Made by a program: the position numbers and the translations under genes. Below are positions 36,246 to 47,680 of a stretch of DNA of 64,000 nucleotides, piece after piece. Below the pieces are notes generated by a model, which worked only from the letters and a program-made list of their open reading frames with translations, was not told the origin of the DNA and searched no databases. Within the stretch, counting starts at the first letter, position 1, and each line of letters starts with the position of its first letter. Origin of the DNA: Bacteroidales bacterium (GTDB taxonomy: Bacteria > Bacteroidota > Bacteroidia > Bacteroidales > G3-4614); assembly GCA_017521245.1 (NCBI GenBank), contig JAFXDI010000051.1:24162-88161 (forward strand), written 5' to 3'.

Positions 36246-37007
36246 ATGGGAAAAATAATTGCAATAGCAAATCAAAAGGGAGGAGTTGGAAAGACCACCA
36301 CCTCTATAAATTTGGCAACTTCGCTTGCCGCACTTGATAAACGAGTATTAATGATTGATGCCGACCCACAAGCAAATGCAACTTCGGGAGTGGGTATCAA
36401 CGCAAAGGAGTGTGAAATATCAACATACGAATGTTTAATTGGAACTCAAGATGCTTCGGATGCCATTCTGGAGAGTTGTGTCAGGAATATGCACGTTATC
36501 CCTTCTCGCATCGACCTTGTTGGTGCTGAGTTGGAGCTCTTGAATATGGAGAATCGCGAGCGTATGCTCGAGAAACAGCTTACCGAAGTCAAAGATGATT
36601 ATGACTACATCTTGATTGACTGTTCTCCCTCGTTGGGACTTATAACCGTCAACTCGCTCACCGCAGCCGATAGTGTTATAATTCCTGTACAGGCAGAGTA
36701 TTTTGCACTTGAAGGTATCAGCAAACTTTTGAATACGATTAAGATTATTAAATCAAAACTTAATCCTCAGTTAGAGGTAGAGGGATTCTTATTGACTATG
36801 TACGACTCTCGCCTCCGCTTGGCTAATCAAATTTTTGATGAACTAAAACAACACTTTGGCGATATGGTATTTAAGACAGCCATTCAACGCAACATCAGAT
36901 TAAGCGAGGCTCCAAGTCACGGATTGCCTGTTTTGCTTTACGATCCTGATTCGCGTGGAGCATTAAACTATATGCAACTTGCCAAAGAGATTATTGACAA
37001 AGAATAA
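36246..37007 (+). CDS. parA: Chromosome partitioning ATPase ParA/Soj
   Basis: The protein starts with the deviant Walker [21 protein letters not shown] moved the start from the track position 36189 to ATG 36246. Confidence 0.93.
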   Translation: MGKIIAIANQKGGVGKTTTSINLATSLAALDKRVLMIDADPQANATSGVGINAKECEISTYECLIGTQDASDAILESCVRNMHVIPSRIDLVGAELELLNMENRERMLEKQLTEVKDDYDYILIDCSPSLGLITVNSLTAADSVIIPVQAEYFALEGISKLLNTIKIIKSKLNPQLEVEGFLLTMYDSRLRLANQIFDELKQHFGDMVFKTAIQRNIRLSEAPSHGLPVLLYDPDSRGALNYMQLAKEIIDKE

Positions 37008-37019
37008 TATACGATTGTT

Positions 37020-37892
37020 ATGATAAAACGTAATGCACTCGGAAGAGGATTGGATGCTCTTATCACAATGGATGAGATTAAGACATCCGGCTCTTCATCA
37101 ATCAACGAGATTAACATTGACCTTATAAAACCAAACCCCGACCAACCTCGTACCGAGTTTGATGAGGAGGCACTCAACGAACTTGCAACCTCAATTAAGG
37201 AGTTGGGTATTATACAACCTATATCGCTACGCAAAATGGGCAATGATTCATACCAGATTATTGCCGGAGAGCGCAGGTATCGTGCCGCCAAACTTGCAGG
37301 GCTGAAGAGTATGCCTGCATACGTTCGCACCGTTGAGGATGAGACCGTTATGGAGATGGCTCTTATTGAGAACATACAACGCGAGGATTTAAATGCGGTG
37401 GAGATTGCTCTAACCTTCCAAAAACTTATTGAGCAATACAATCTTACCCAAGAGAAACTGAGCGAGAGGATTGGAAAGAAGAGGACAACAATAGCAAACT
37501 ACTTACGACTGCTAAAACTCCCTGCCGAAATTCAATTGGGATTGAAGAACAAGGTTATTGATATGGGGCACGCTCGTGCCTTACTTGCGGTTGATAACGC
37601 TTCGCTTCAACTCAAACTCTATGAGGAGATAAAACTTAATGGTTACTCGGTCAGAAAGGTTGAGGAGAGAGCAAAAGAGATTACATCTGAAAAAGAGGTA
37701 ATTTCAAAACCTGCAAAGAAGAACAACTCAGAGTATGACGCATACAAAAGAGAGCTTATCTCTATCTTTAAAACTCGGGTTAAGATTGTTTGCGACGACT
37801 CAGGCAAAGGAAAAATCTCAATCCCATTTAAAGATGAAAAGGAGTTTGAGAGAATCAAAGAGTTACTCAGTAAAATTGTAAGCGAGAGTTAA
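37020..37892 (+). CDS. parB: Chromosome partitioning protein ParB/Spo0J
   Basis: The 290-aa protein has ParB-box residues (..IIAGERRYRAAKLAG..) and an HTH region. It lies directly after parA. Confidence 0.93.
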   Translation: MIKRNALGRGLDALITMDEIKTSGSSSINEINIDLIKPNPDQPRTEFDEEALNELATSIKELGIIQPISLRKMGNDSYQIIAGERRYRAAKLAGLKSMPAYVRTVEDETVMEMALIENIQREDLNAVEIALTFQKLIEQYNLTQEKLSERIGKKRTTIANYLRLLKLPAEIQLGLKNKVIDMGHARALLAVDNASLQLKLYEEIKLNGYSVRKVEERAKEITSEKEVISKPAKKNNSEYDAYKRELISIFKTRVKIVCDDSGKGKISIPFKDEKEFERIKELLSKIVSES

Positions 37893-37909
37893 ATCATTTA
37901 CCATTAGAA

Positions 37910-38635
37910 GTGTTTAAGAGTATTAACATAAAAAGAGTGTTTCCAACTGCAACCATAATGTTGCTGATGCTTTTTGTGTGTAATACGTATGCTCAGGAGA
38001 GTGACAAAGGGTTAGAGTTTATCAAAGGTCCCTCAATTGAGAACGACACTCTGTTTTTGGATGCAAACGACATTATCATGGAGGTTGACACCTCTGATAT
38101 TGAAGTAATTGCAGTTGACTCAAGCAAAGTATTCATTCCAAACCCCACAAAGGCAGTATGGTACTCAGCCTTAATGCCGGGAGCAGGACAGATATATAAT
38201 AGGAAGTATTGGAAACTACCCATCGTTATTGGAGGTTTTATGGGATTGGCTTACGGTATATCGTTTAACAACAGATACTACACCGACTACTCTAACGCCT
38301 ACCGCGATGCTTATAGCAACGATCCCAACGCCAATAGTTATATAAATTTTCTACCCTACTCTTACAGAGATAACAAAGAGTGGATTGAGAACAATATAGA
38401 CTGGATTCGCAACTCGCTAAAAAATAAGAAAGATTTTTACAGAAGAAATAGGGATTTATGTATTGTAGGTATGTTGGCGGTGTATGGTCTTGCAATGATT
38501 GACGCTTATGTTGATGCCCAGCTATATACCTTTGATATTTCGCCCGATGTGTCGATGAAACTCTCCCCTGCTGTTTTGGAGCCTACGGTTAAAACTCCAG
38601 CAGTTTTAGGGTTTCAATGTTCACTTGTTTTTTAA
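37910..38635 (+). CDS. DUF5683-like membrane protein conserved downstream of parB in Bacteroidales
   Basis: The 241-aa protein has a signal or anchor sequence and the motif LMPGAGQIYNRKYWK. The synteny call is from recollection. Confidence 0.6.
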   Translation: MFKSINIKRVFPTATIMLLMLFVCNTYAQESDKGLEFIKGPSIENDTLFLDANDIIMEVDTSDIEVIAVDSSKVFIPNPTKAVWYSALMPGAGQIYNRKYWKLPIVIGGFMGLAYGISFNNRYYTDYSNAYRDAYSNDPNANSYINFLPYSYRDNKEWIENNIDWIRNSLKNKKDFYRRNRDLCIVGMLAVYGLAMIDAYVDAQLYTFDISPDVSMKLSPAVLEPTVKTPAVLGFQCSLVF

Positions 38636-38644
38636 CTATATAGT

Positions 38645-40084
38645 ATGAGAAAAATAATATTCATCACATTAATATTTATTTCAACAATGCTCAACTCGGC
38701 ACTTGCACAAAGTATTGATTCGTTGAGTGTTGATTCATTAAGTGTGGTAACACTGAAAGATACCATAAGTGACAACAACTTGGTTATCATCGAGAGTCTT
38801 GAGAGCGAAAATGACTCTATTCTTTCAAATTGGTACTTACAGAAATTTACCAACATTGACAGTTCTTGCATAACAAGTTCTCAGAATGTCGATTTCCCCG
38901 ACTCGGTATATATTGACCGACTATCAAAACTACCCACCCTCATTGATATGCCATATAACAGTATTGTAAAGCAGTACATCTCGTTATATGCCGAAAATAG
39001 GAGAAAACTTGTAGAGTCGATGTTAGGCTTTGGCAATTACTACTTCCCTATTTTTGAAGAGGCATTAGAGAAAGAAGAGCTACCTCTTGAACTAAAATAT
39101 ATGCCAGTTATAGAGTCGGCACTACGACCAAATGCCGTATCACGTGTTGGAGCGGCAGGACTATGGCAAATAATGCCTAAGACCGCTAAATCATTGGGGT
39201 TAGAGGTAAACTCATTGGTTGATGAGAGACGCTCGCCAATAAAATCATCAGAAGCAGCAGTTAAATATTTAAAAGAGCTATACAATATTTACAACGACTG
39301 GAGTCTTGCCATTGCAGCCTACAACTGCGGACCGGGAAATGTAAATAAGGCAATTGTTCGCTCAGGAGGCAAACGCGACTTTTGGGGAATATATCATCAT
39401 CTGCCACGCGAGACAAGAGGCTATGTTCCGGCATTCATTGCAGCCAACTATATTATGAACTACTACGAGGAGCATAATATCTGCCCTGTTGCTGCCGAAA
39501 TACCATTGGCAACCGACACAATTATTATAAACGAGAGGATTAACCTGCAACAGATATCTGCGGTATTAAACACCCCTATTGAGATGTTGCGGGAACTCAA
39601 TCCTCAATATCGCAACGATATTATTCCCGGCAATATAAAGCCATACCATTTAAGGCTTCCCATTCAATTAACATACGCATATATAAACTCGCAAGACTCA
39701 ATAAGCAAATACCGTCAAGAGTATTTTGCAAGACAAAAAACAATTGAACCGGCAAAGTTAGAGTATGGTTATCATAAGATTCGTAACGGGGAGTCACTCT
39801 CAACCATTGCACGCAAATACCACACAACAGTCAGCAAACTTAAAGAGTTGAACGGATTAAAAAATAGCAATATTCGTGCAGGAAAGAGCATTAAAGTACC
39901 CGGTGCAGGAATGAGTTATTCATCAAGCGGAACAAGCACTGCAAAATCGCACAAGGTTAAATCGGGCGACACGTTAGGCTCTATTGCTTCGAGATATGGA
40001 GTTAGCGTATCAAAGCTAAAGAGCGCAAACGGACTTAACTCAAATCTTATTCGTGTTGGGCAAGTATTAAAGATTCCAAGATAA
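38645..40084 (+). CDS. Lytic transglycosylase (SLT/MltD-like) with two C-terminal LysM domains
   Basis: The protein has a signal peptide, an SLT motif ([22 protein letters not shown]) and two LysM repeats ([17 protein letters not shown].. and [16 protein letters not shown]..). Confidence 0.88.
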   Translation: MRKIIFITLIFISTMLNSALAQSIDSLSVDSLSVVTLKDTISDNNLVIIESLESENDSILSNWYLQKFTNIDSSCITSSQNVDFPDSVYIDRLSKLPTLIDMPYNSIVKQYISLYAENRRKLVESMLGFGNYYFPIFEEALEKEELPLELKYMPVIESALRPNAVSRVGAAGLWQIMPKTAKSLGLEVNSLVDERRSPIKSSEAAVKYLKELYNIYNDWSLAIAAYNCGPGNVNKAIVRSGGKRDFWGIYHHLPRETRGYVPAFIAANYIMNYYEEHNICPVAAEIPLATDTIIINERINLQQISAVLNTPIEMLRELNPQYRNDIIPGNIKPYHLRLPIQLTYAYINSQDSISKYRQEYFARQKTIEPAKLEYGYHKIRNGESLSTIARKYHTTVSKLKELNGLKNSNIRAGKSIKVPGAGMSYSSSGTSTAKSHKVKSGDTLGSIASRYGVSVSKLKSANGLNSNLIRVGQVLKIPR

Positions 40085-40126
40085 ATAATTAAATACAATA
40101 TAAACTTTATTTAATAAATTTACATT

Positions 40127-41311
40127 ATGGCTAAATTAGGAACTATTTTTTCAGAGAAAGGGTGCAAGGCTCTTCTCTGCGGTTCAGGAGAATTAGGCAA
40201 AGAGGTTGCAATAGAGTTGCAACGCTATGGAGTTGAAGTGGTTGCTTTAGACCGCTACGACAATGCTCCTGCTATGCAAATTGCACATCGCTCTTACACA
40301 CTCTCAATGTTAGACGGAGCAAAACTTCGTGAGATAATCGAAAAAGAGAAACCCGATTTTATTATCCCCGAAGTTGAGGCCATTGCCACATCTACTCTTG
40401 TTGAGTTGGAGAAAGAGGGTTACAATGTTATACCCACAGCCAATGCCACTCTACTAACAATGAACAGAGAGGGTATTAGACGTCTTGCAGCCGAAGAGTT
40501 GGGAATAAAGACCTCTCCTTATCGTTTTGCAGGAACAAAAGAGGAGTATGAGGCAGCCATAAAGGAGATTGGAATCCCTTGTGTTGTTAAACCTATTATG
40601 AGTTCATCGGGACACGGACAAAGCACCATCAAATGCGAGGCAGATATTGAACCAGCTTGGAAAGAGGCACAAGAGGGTGGTCGTGCAGGAGCAGGACGCG
40701 TTATTGTTGAGGGATTTGTTGAGTTTGACTATGAGATTACACTACTCACTGTTCGCCACGTAGGAGGAACAACATTCCTAAATCCAATCGGACACCACCA
40801 AGTTAGTGGAGACTATCGCGAGAGTTGGCAACCACAACCAATGAGCGACAAAGCAATTGAGGCTGCAAAAGATATAGCAGGTAAAGTTACTGCCGCACTT
40901 GGAGGCAGAGGAATCTTTGGAGTAGAGTTGTTTATCAAAGGAGATGAAGTATTGTTTAGCGAAGTATCACCTCGCCCACACGACACAGGTATGGTAACAA
41001 TGATTTCGCAAGATATGTCGGAGTTCTCACTTCACGCACGTGCAATTCTTGGATTACCCATCCCGGGCATCCGTTTCTACGGAGCATCAGCATCAAAAGC
41101 AATAGTTGTTGAGGGTAACTCAACAGACGTTGTATTTGACAACTTAGAAGAGGTACTCGCTGAGCCAGACGTTCAAATCAGAATATTCGGGAAACAAGAG
41201 GTTAAAGGACACCGCCGTTTTGGAGTAATCCTTGCTCTTGACGAGACAGTAGAAAAGGCTCTTGCAAAAGCAGAACGAGCATACTCAAAACTAAAAGTAA
41301 TTGTTAATTAG
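40127..41311 (+). CDS. purT: Formate-dependent phosphoribosylglycinamide formyltransferase (GAR transformylase 2)
   Basis: The 394-aa ATP-grasp protein has the N-terminal GSGELGKEV motif and is colinear with PurT. Confidence 0.9.
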   Translation: MAKLGTIFSEKGCKALLCGSGELGKEVAIELQRYGVEVVALDRYDNAPAMQIAHRSYTLSMLDGAKLREIIEKEKPDFIIPEVEAIATSTLVELEKEGYNVIPTANATLLTMNREGIRRLAAEELGIKTSPYRFAGTKEEYEAAIKEIGIPCVVKPIMSSSGHGQSTIKCEADIEPAWKEAQEGGRAGAGRVIVEGFVEFDYEITLLTVRHVGGTTFLNPIGHHQVSGDYRESWQPQPMSDKAIEAAKDIAGKVTAALGGRGIFGVELFIKGDEVLFSEVSPRPHDTGMVTMISQDMSEFSLHARAILGLPIPGIRFYGASASKAIVVEGNSTDVVFDNLEEVLAEPDVQIRIFGKQEVKGHRRFGVILALDETVEKALAKAERAYSKLKVIVN

Positions 41312-41325
41312 TTTTCAGTTATTAG

Positions 41326-41388
41326 CCCAATAGAGCTAATTAAACTAATAGAGCTAATTTGTCTAATAGGACTAATTAGACTAATAAA
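41326..41388. repeat. Degenerate 8-10-bp tandem array (about 7 units, CTAAT(T)AGA-like), related to 2077-2130
   Basis: The units read as cccaataga gctaattaaa ctaataga gctaatttgt ctaatagga ctaattaga ctaataaaa. Confidence 0.6.
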
Positions 41389-41424
41389 AAAACAAGAGGT
41401 TGCAAATGCAACCTCTTGTTTTAT
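41385..41424. terminator. Bidirectional rho-independent terminator between convergent purT and the Na/Pi cotransporter gene
   Basis: The stem acaagaggttgc / gcaacctcttgt is flanked by an A-run upstream and a T-run downstream. Confidence 0.8.
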
Positions 41425-41442
41425 CTAACGGCTAAAACCGGT

Positions 41443-43233
41443 CTATTGTTTTATAGAACGTTTCTCGCGTACTGCATCAATAACATTAACAACATAGTCG
41501 GCAAGTTTCTCACACTCCAATATAATATCCATAAAGTGAATTCCTGCTCGATACTCATATACCTTATTGTTAATATTCTCCATATTTGCATTACGTAGCA
41601 TATTGCGATAGTTGTTTATCTCCATCTCAATATTGTAAGTTTTGTTTATATCAACATCACTTATATCTGTTTTTGAGAGAATGGTATTCATATTCTCAAG
41701 AGCATTACATACCAATGTAAACATATTAGTTATACGTTCAGTAATGTATTCGTTAAACACTATATTCTCATTGTTTTTACGTTGAATAGCACGTGCAATA
41801 CTATAACAACTATCACCAATGCTCTCAATCTCGGTAGTTTCAGTCATCATAGCATTTACCTTCATCTTACCATCAAAACTCAAACGTCCGTCAGAAACAT
41901 TGTTTAGATAACGAGCAATCTCCAACTCCATATTATCGCTGATCTGCTCATATTTTTGGATACGGCTAAATAGTTTATTGAATGCTTCACTATCGGGTTT
42001 CTCCGACAACAGGTCACGAGCCATTCCGTACATACGAGTTGTTCTTACGCTATAAAGTTCAATCTCTTTCTTTGCCTGTAATAGCGACAACTCAGATGTT
42101 GACAACATACCTGCTGAGATATATTTGAGCTGGAACTCCTCCTCCTCTCCGTTCTTTTTCTGTTTTATTACAGCACATACAATCTTCTCATATACCTTCA
42201 CAAACCAAATCATTATACCTACGTTAATGATATTGTAAATGGTGTGGAATAGAGATAATCCGTATGATACCGATGTTTGATACGTCATATAGGCTTCTGA
42301 AAGAGGAGAATCATCTCCTGCAGCCGAAATAAGTTCAGGGTGGGCATGAATGAATGGTTGCAACTCATTTGGAGAATAACCAGTCATACCTGTGGCTAAC
42401 GAATTTACCATCCTAACAAAGGGGAAGAATACTATAAGCATCCAAACCACACCAAAAGTATTAAATATAAAGTGTGAGAATGCAGCTCGTTTTGCTTGAA
42501 CATTACCCGATATAGCGGCAATATTTGCAGTAATTGTAGTACCAATGTTTTCACCCAACACCATTGCGGCAGCCAACTCAAAAGGAATCCAGCCTTTACT
42601 GCACATAATTAAAGTGATGGCCACAGTTGCACTTGACGACTGCACTATAAGAGTTATTATTGCTCCTGCAAAGAAGAATATCAGTACTGACCAATATCCC
42701 ATATCGGAATAGTTTTGCAAGAATGCCAGAATCTCAGGACTGCTTTGAATGTCAGGCACTGAGTTTTTCAAGTAAGATAGTCCCATAAACAGGAATGAGA
42801 ATCCAAGAATCAACTCTCCAATTGAGCGTCTGTTACTCTTACTTGAGAAGAAGAATGGAATTGCCAAACCAATTAATGGTATTGCAAAAACACTAATATC
42901 AACGGCAAATCCAAAGAACGAGATTATCCATGCTGTAAGTGTTGTTCCAATGTTGGCACCCATAATAACTGAGATTGATTGCACCAACGAGAGGAGTCCT
43001 GCATTTACAAAACTTACAACCATTACTGTGGTTGCCGATGAAGATTGGATTAGTGCTGTAATCAACAATCCTGTAAAAACCCCCATGAAGCGATTTGAGG
43101 TCATTGCCGAGAGGATTGAACGCATACGGTCACCTGCAATTTTTTGCAACCCCTCACTCATCATCTTCATTCCGTACAAAAACAGACCTAATGAACCTAT
43201 TAGTTGCAGAAAGTCAAAAAATGAATATTCCAT
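41443..43233 (-). CDS. Na+/phosphate cotransporter family protein with C-terminal PhoU-like helical domain
   Basis: The 596-aa protein has duplicated Na_Pi_cotrans-type segments (..QSSSATT.. occurs twice) and a soluble helical C-terminus. Confidence 0.85.
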   Translation of the reverse strand: MEYSFFDFLQLIGSLGLFLYGMKMMSEGLQKIAGDRMRSILSAMTSNRFMGVFTGLLITALIQSSSATTVMVVSFVNAGLLSLVQSISVIMGANIGTTLTAWIISFFGFAVDISVFAIPLIGLAIPFFFSSKSNRRSIGELILGFSFLFMGLSYLKNSVPDIQSSPEILAFLQNYSDMGYWSVLIFFFAGAIITLIVQSSSATVAITLIMCSKGWIPFELAAAMVLGENIGTTITANIAAISGNVQAKRAAFSHFIFNTFGVVWMLIVFFPFVRMVNSLATGMTGYSPNELQPFIHAHPELISAAGDDSPLSEAYMTYQTSVSYGLSLFHTIYNIINVGIMIWFVKVYEKIVCAVIKQKKNGEEEEFQLKYISAGMLSTSELSLLQAKKEIELYSVRTTRMYGMARDLLSEKPDSEAFNKLFSRIQKYEQISDNMELEIARYLNNVSDGRLSFDGKMKVNAMMTETTEIESIGDSCYSIARAIQRKNNENIVFNEYITERITNMFTLVCNALENMNTILSKTDISDVDINKTYNIEMEINNYRNMLRNANMENINNKVYEYRAGIHFMDIILECEKLADYVVNVIDAVREKRSIKQ

Positions 43234-43372
43234 TTACTATTTGATTTTTATAATAATTTTCTTATTTTAGCATCACAAATGCAAAAACAGTTAGGCATTT
43301 TACCGACACAAAATTAAAATAAAAATACAATTAGGCAAAACTTTTAACAGTTTTGTCATAAAAAATAGATTT

Positions 43373-45043
43373 ATGATGAACGACACTATTAAAATTTTCT
43401 GTGTTAATAACGGAAAAGAGATTGAAGTTGAGAAGGGTTCTTCAGTGTTGGAGATATTCAACAAGTCGGGGATTGTGTTGAATTCTCGTATTATGGGCGC
43501 TTTGGTAAATAACCGAACACAGAGTTTAAACTTTAGAGTATACAAACCTAAAGATATTGAGTTCTTTGACTATACCTCTCCTCATGGCGAGAGAGTATAT
43601 ATCCATACCCTTTGCTTTATTCTATACAAAGCAGTCCACGATGTTATGCCTAATGCAAAACTCGATATTGAACACTCAATTTCAAAAGGGTTGTTCTGTC
43701 GCTTATCAGAGAAATGTGGCGAGAACACTCTTATGATGATTAATGAGCGTATGCGTGAGATTGTTTCTAAGGATATGCCTATCGGCAGATTTGAAGAGCC
43801 TACAAAAGAGGTATTACAGAAATTTAAAGATGCCGGTATGACAGATAAGATAAAACTTCTATCATATATCTCTGCCCCATATACAGTATATTATAAATTG
43901 GATAATGTTATTGACACCTACCCATACGAACTTACACCCTCAACAGGATACGTTCCTGTTTTTGACTTTGTCAAGTATAGTTACGGATACCTTCTTGTTC
44001 CGCCATCAAAAGCAAATCCCAATGAACTAAACGAGATTTCGCGACAAGATAAACTTCTTGCCGCCTTTGAGGAGCAATACAGATTTAATAATATTGCACA
44101 ATTGAGCAACGTAGGAGATTTGAATGAGGCTATCGCTTCGGGACACGCCCCCACTCTTATAAAGGTTATGGAGGCATTGCACGAGAAACAGATTGCCCAT
44201 ATTGCCGATGATATTGCCGAGAGATTTAAACTTAACGGCAGCGGTAGGGTTGTTCTTATTGCAGGACCTTCATCATCGGGTAAGACAACCTTCTCAAAGA
44301 GGTTGTCGGTACAACTCTTAACAAACCTGCTACTCCCTGTGGCTATCTCGTTAGATGATTACTTTGTTGACAGAAAAGATACACCTCGCGATGAGAGTGG
44401 CGATTATGATTATGAGTCGCTCTATGCTCTTGACCTTGAGGCGTTCAATAGAGACCTTAACGATTTACTTGACGGCAAGGAGATTGATATTCCAACCTAC
44501 AACTTTGAGACCGGCACAAGAAGTTATACCGGTAAAAGACTAAAACTTACTCCTCAAAGCATTTTGATATTAGAGGGTATTCACGCTCTAAATCCTCAAC
44601 TTACCGCTCAAATTGATGATAGATTGAAATATAGAGTTTACGTTTCGGCATTAACATCCATTTCAATTGACGACCACAACAGAATACCTACAACAGACAA
44701 CCGTCTGTTGCGCAGAATTATTCGCGATGCCAAATATCGTGGCACTTCGGCTCAAGGCACCATTGCTCGTTGGCCAAGCGTTAGATGTGGCGAAGAGAAG
44801 TGGATCTTCCCATATCAAGAGAATGCCGATGCAATGTTTAACACCTCGTTACTTTACGAACTTTCGGTGATTTGCCGAGAGGCTATTCCCATTCTTGCTC
44901 AAGTGGGCAAAAACCAAAAAGAGTACAACGAGGCCAAACGTCTGCTAAATTTCCTAAGTATGTTTATACCTACTCCAGAAAAAGAGATTCCTCCAACATC
45001 TTTGGCAAGGGAGTTTCTTGGTGGAAGCAGTTTTATATATTAA
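43373..45043 (+). CDS. Uridine kinase / phosphoribulokinase-family nucleoside kinase with an N-terminal TGS-like extension
   Basis: The 556-aa protein has the P-loop GPSSSGKTTFSKRL in its C-terminal half. The substrate is not determinable from the sequence. Confidence 0.6.
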   Translation: MMNDTIKIFCVNNGKEIEVEKGSSVLEIFNKSGIVLNSRIMGALVNNRTQSLNFRVYKPKDIEFFDYTSPHGERVYIHTLCFILYKAVHDVMPNAKLDIEHSISKGLFCRLSEKCGENTLMMINERMREIVSKDMPIGRFEEPTKEVLQKFKDAGMTDKIKLLSYISAPYTVYYKLDNVIDTYPYELTPSTGYVPVFDFVKYSYGYLLVPPSKANPNELNEISRQDKLLAAFEEQYRFNNIAQLSNVGDLNEAIASGHAPTLIKVMEALHEKQIAHIADDIAERFKLNGSGRVVLIAGPSSSGKTTFSKRLSVQLLTNLLLPVAISLDDYFVDRKDTPRDESGDYDYESLYALDLEAFNRDLNDLLDGKEIDIPTYNFETGTRSYTGKRLKLTPQSILILEGIHALNPQLTAQIDDRLKYRVYVSALTSISIDDHNRIPTTDNRLLRRIIRDAKYRGTSAQGTIARWPSVRCGEEKWIFPYQENADAMFNTSLLYELSVICREAIPILAQVGKNQKEYNEAKRLLNFLSMFIPTPEKEIPPTSLAREFLGGSSFIY

Positions 45044-45073
45044 CTTCGCACTATAATTTCTATTGTAGTTTTT

Positions 45074-46543
45074 ATGGCATTAAAACAGCAGTTAGAGTTA
45101 AGGCTTCAACAACGTCTTGCTCCCCAACAGGTTCAATTTATTCGCCTTATGGAACTTAATAATTTGGAACTGGAGGAGAGAATTAAACAAGAGATTATTG
45201 ATAACCCTGCTCTTGACGAGGTTATTAAAAGAAACGATGGGGAGGATGATTCTCCATCGAAAGAAGATATTGCCACAAATGATGAAGACGGAAGCAATGA
45301 GGATATTTCGTTAGGCGACTACTTCTCAGAGGACGACATTCCTGATTATAAAATCTCACAATACGAAAACGATCATAGCGAGGGCTACAAAGGAGATATT
45401 CCTTTTCTTAGCGATAGTTCTATTCAAGGGCATCTGTTTGATCAACTTGCATTTCTTGAACTGTCAGATATTGAAGAGAAGATTGCCGAGTATATTATAG
45501 GCAATATTGATGATGACGGTTATCTGAGAAGACCTTTACAAATGATCTCAGATGATTTGATTTTTCAGGCAGGTCTTGATATTGATGTTTATACCATTGA
45601 GAAAGTTCTTGACAAGATAAAAGAGTTTGATCCTGCCGGTGTTGCGGCAACATCCCTTCAGGAGTGTCTTATGCTTCAACTCAACAGACTTGAGAGCAGC
45701 GAAGAGAATGTAATTATAGCCAAAGAGATCATAACAAACCATTTTGACGACTTTAGCAAAAAACACTACGACAGAATTGGCAAGGCTCTTGGGCTGGACA
45801 AAGAGCTACTTAAAAAAGTTATAAAAACTCTTACCCAACTCAATCCTCGTCCCGGAAATACTTGGAACTCATCGTTTGGCGATACTTATAACCAAATAAG
45901 CCCCGATATATTTATTGAGGAGAACAACGGCGAAGTTACATTCTCATTAAACGATTGTAATATTCCTGAGCTGAGAGTTAATCAGAAATATATTGATATG
46001 TATAAAGATTACACCAGCAATAAGGCAAACCAGACTAAAGAGACAAGAGAGACTCTTTTGTTTGTAAGGCAGAAATTAGATTCAGCCCAATGGTTCATAG
46101 AGTCGGTAAAACAGAGACAAATTACTTTGTCGAATATTATGGCGGTTATTCTGTCGATACAAAAAGATTTCCTTATCACGGGCGATGATCGCGACCTCCG
46201 TCCTATGATTCTGAAGGATATTGCGGAGGTTACCAATTACGACATCTCTACCGTTTCGCGCGTACTTAACGGAAAATATATGCAAACCCGATATGGAGTA
46301 TATTCTCTTAAACATCTCTTCTCGGAGAGTTTGCAAACCAATGATGGCGAAGAAGTATCTTCAAAAGAGGTTAAGAAAATTCTGGTAGATATTATTGAGA
46401 ACGAAGATAAAAAACAACCACTGTCTGATAATGAAATTTGCGCTATCCTTTGCGAAAAGGGATACAAAATTGCAAGACGTACTGTTGCCAAATACAGAGA
46501 ACAGAATAATATCCCTATTGCAAGACTAAGAAAGGAGTTGTAG
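45074..46543 (+). CDS. rpoN: RNA polymerase sigma-54 factor
   Basis: The 489-aa protein has a Gln/Leu-rich region I (MALKQQLELRLQQRLAPQQ), an acidic region II, and a C-terminal HTH plus RpoN box (ARRTVAKYRE). Confidence 0.95.
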   Translation: MALKQQLELRLQQRLAPQQVQFIRLMELNNLELEERIKQEIIDNPALDEVIKRNDGEDDSPSKEDIATNDEDGSNEDISLGDYFSEDDIPDYKISQYENDHSEGYKGDIPFLSDSSIQGHLFDQLAFLELSDIEEKIAEYIIGNIDDDGYLRRPLQMISDDLIFQAGLDIDVYTIEKVLDKIKEFDPAGVAATSLQECLMLQLNRLESSEENVIIAKEIITNHFDDFSKKHYDRIGKALGLDKELLKKVIKTLTQLNPRPGNTWNSSFGDTYNQISPDIFIEENNGEVTFSLNDCNIPELRVNQKYIDMYKDYTSNKANQTKETRETLLFVRQKLDSAQWFIESVKQRQITLSNIMAVILSIQKDFLITGDDRDLRPMILKDIAEVTNYDISTVSRVLNGKYMQTRYGVYSLKHLFSESLQTNDGEEVSSKEVKKILVDIIENEDKKQPLSDNEICAILCEKGYKIARRTVAKYREQNNIPIARLRKEL

Positions 46544-46549
46544 TTGTTT

Positions 46550-47149
46550 ATGTTAAGAGTATTATCCAAATTTATTTCGGGTCTATTATCTCCATATTTT
46601 ATATTCATATACTTATATGCCCTTATCTTTCTCTCGGCATATTTCAGCACTGTTTCGCTCTACTCTTTTGGAGTATTGTTAGGAGTTGTTGCACTATTCA
46701 CAACACTTATACCCTTTCTTGTATCAAGAATAAATAGAGTAAATCTTAACGATAAAAGCAGTGAAAGAGGCCCTTTATATATGGCTTTTGGGATTGGTAA
46801 TTTTACATTGGCATATTATCTTTTAAGTAGAGGTATTCCTGTATGGAGAATTAGTTTTTTAATTAGTGCAGTATTGGCAATAATTACACTATTCCTGTTT
46901 AATAAAAAATATAATATATCGTTCCACACAACCATGTATGGAGTATTGATTGGAGCAATGTTTATAATTGCAAAGTTTCAAAGTTTTGTTTCTTTGGAGA
47001 TTATTTGCCTTATAATTTTATTAGGGGGTATTCTGGGAAGTGCAAGAGTATATCTAAAAGATCATACTCCGAGAGAGGTTATTATCGGTGCCATACTCGG
47101 CTTTTTCTGGAGTTACTCCGGTGCTGTTTTTACGAAAATATTATTTTAA
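46550..47149 (+). CDS. Small polytopic membrane protein, PAP2-phosphatase-like C-terminal motif
   Basis: There are about six hydrophobic helices. GSARVYLKDHTPREVIIGAILG resembles the PAP2 SR..H...D motif but with Glu in place of Asp. The start could be the TTG at 46544 or the ATG at 46550. Confidence 0.45.
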   Translation: MLRVLSKFISGLLSPYFIFIYLYALIFLSAYFSTVSLYSFGVLLGVVALFTTLIPFLVSRINRVNLNDKSSERGPLYMAFGIGNFTLAYYLLSRGIPVWRISFLISAVLAIITLFLFNKKYNISFHTTMYGVLIGAMFIIAKFQSFVSLEIICLIILLGGILGSARVYLKDHTPREVIIGAILGFFWSYSGAVFTKILF

Positions 47150-47164
47150 ACTATATTATAAGAT

Positions 47165-47671
47165 ATGAAACCTATTGTCAGTATTATCATGGGCAGTACA
47201 TCTGATTTGCCCATTATGGAGAAAGCGGCTAAATTGCTTGACGAGTTTGAAATACCTTTTGAGATGAATGCTCTATCGGCTCACCGCACTCCCGTTGAAG
47301 TTGAAGAGTTTGCAAAAAACGCTGAAGGGCGTGGTATTAAAGTTATTATTGCTGCCGCAGGTATGGCAGCACATCTTCCTGGTGTTATTGCAGCAAGCAC
47401 TCCACTACCCGTTATTGGTGTTCCCATCAACTCAACTCTTGATGGTATGGATGCTCTTCTTGCCATTGTGCAAATGCCTCCGGGAATACCTGTTGCAACC
47501 GTAGGAATAAACGGGGCTTTGAATGCTGCAATTTTAGCAATACAGATGCTCTCGCTAAGCGATGAGAATATTGCATCTAAATTTAAAACCTATAAAGCAG
47601 CGTTGGCTCAAAAAATTGTAAAGGCTAACGAGGAACTTGCTAAAATAGAGTATAAATACAAAACAAACTAA
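47165..47671 (+). CDS. purE: 5-(carboxyamino)imidazole ribonucleotide mutase
   Basis: The 168-aa protein has the motifs IIMGSTSDL, SAHRTP and AGMAAHLPG. Confidence 0.95.
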   Translation: MKPIVSIIMGSTSDLPIMEKAAKLLDEFEIPFEMNALSAHRTPVEVEEFAKNAEGRGIKVIIAAAGMAAHLPGVIAASTPLPVIGVPINSTLDGMDALLAIVQMPPGIPVATVGINGALNAAILAIQMLSLSDENIASKFKTYKAALAQKIVKANEELAKIEYKYKTN

Positions 47672-47680
47672 TAATAGAAA

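Noticed and set aside
35808-37892. I considered whether oriC or parS sites lie around parAB.
   Set aside because: I scanned the 438-bp spacer upstream of parA and the parB region by eye for TTATCCACA-type DnaA boxes and for TGTTTCACGTGAAACA-type parS. I found none convincing, though a computational scan could still find degenerate sites.
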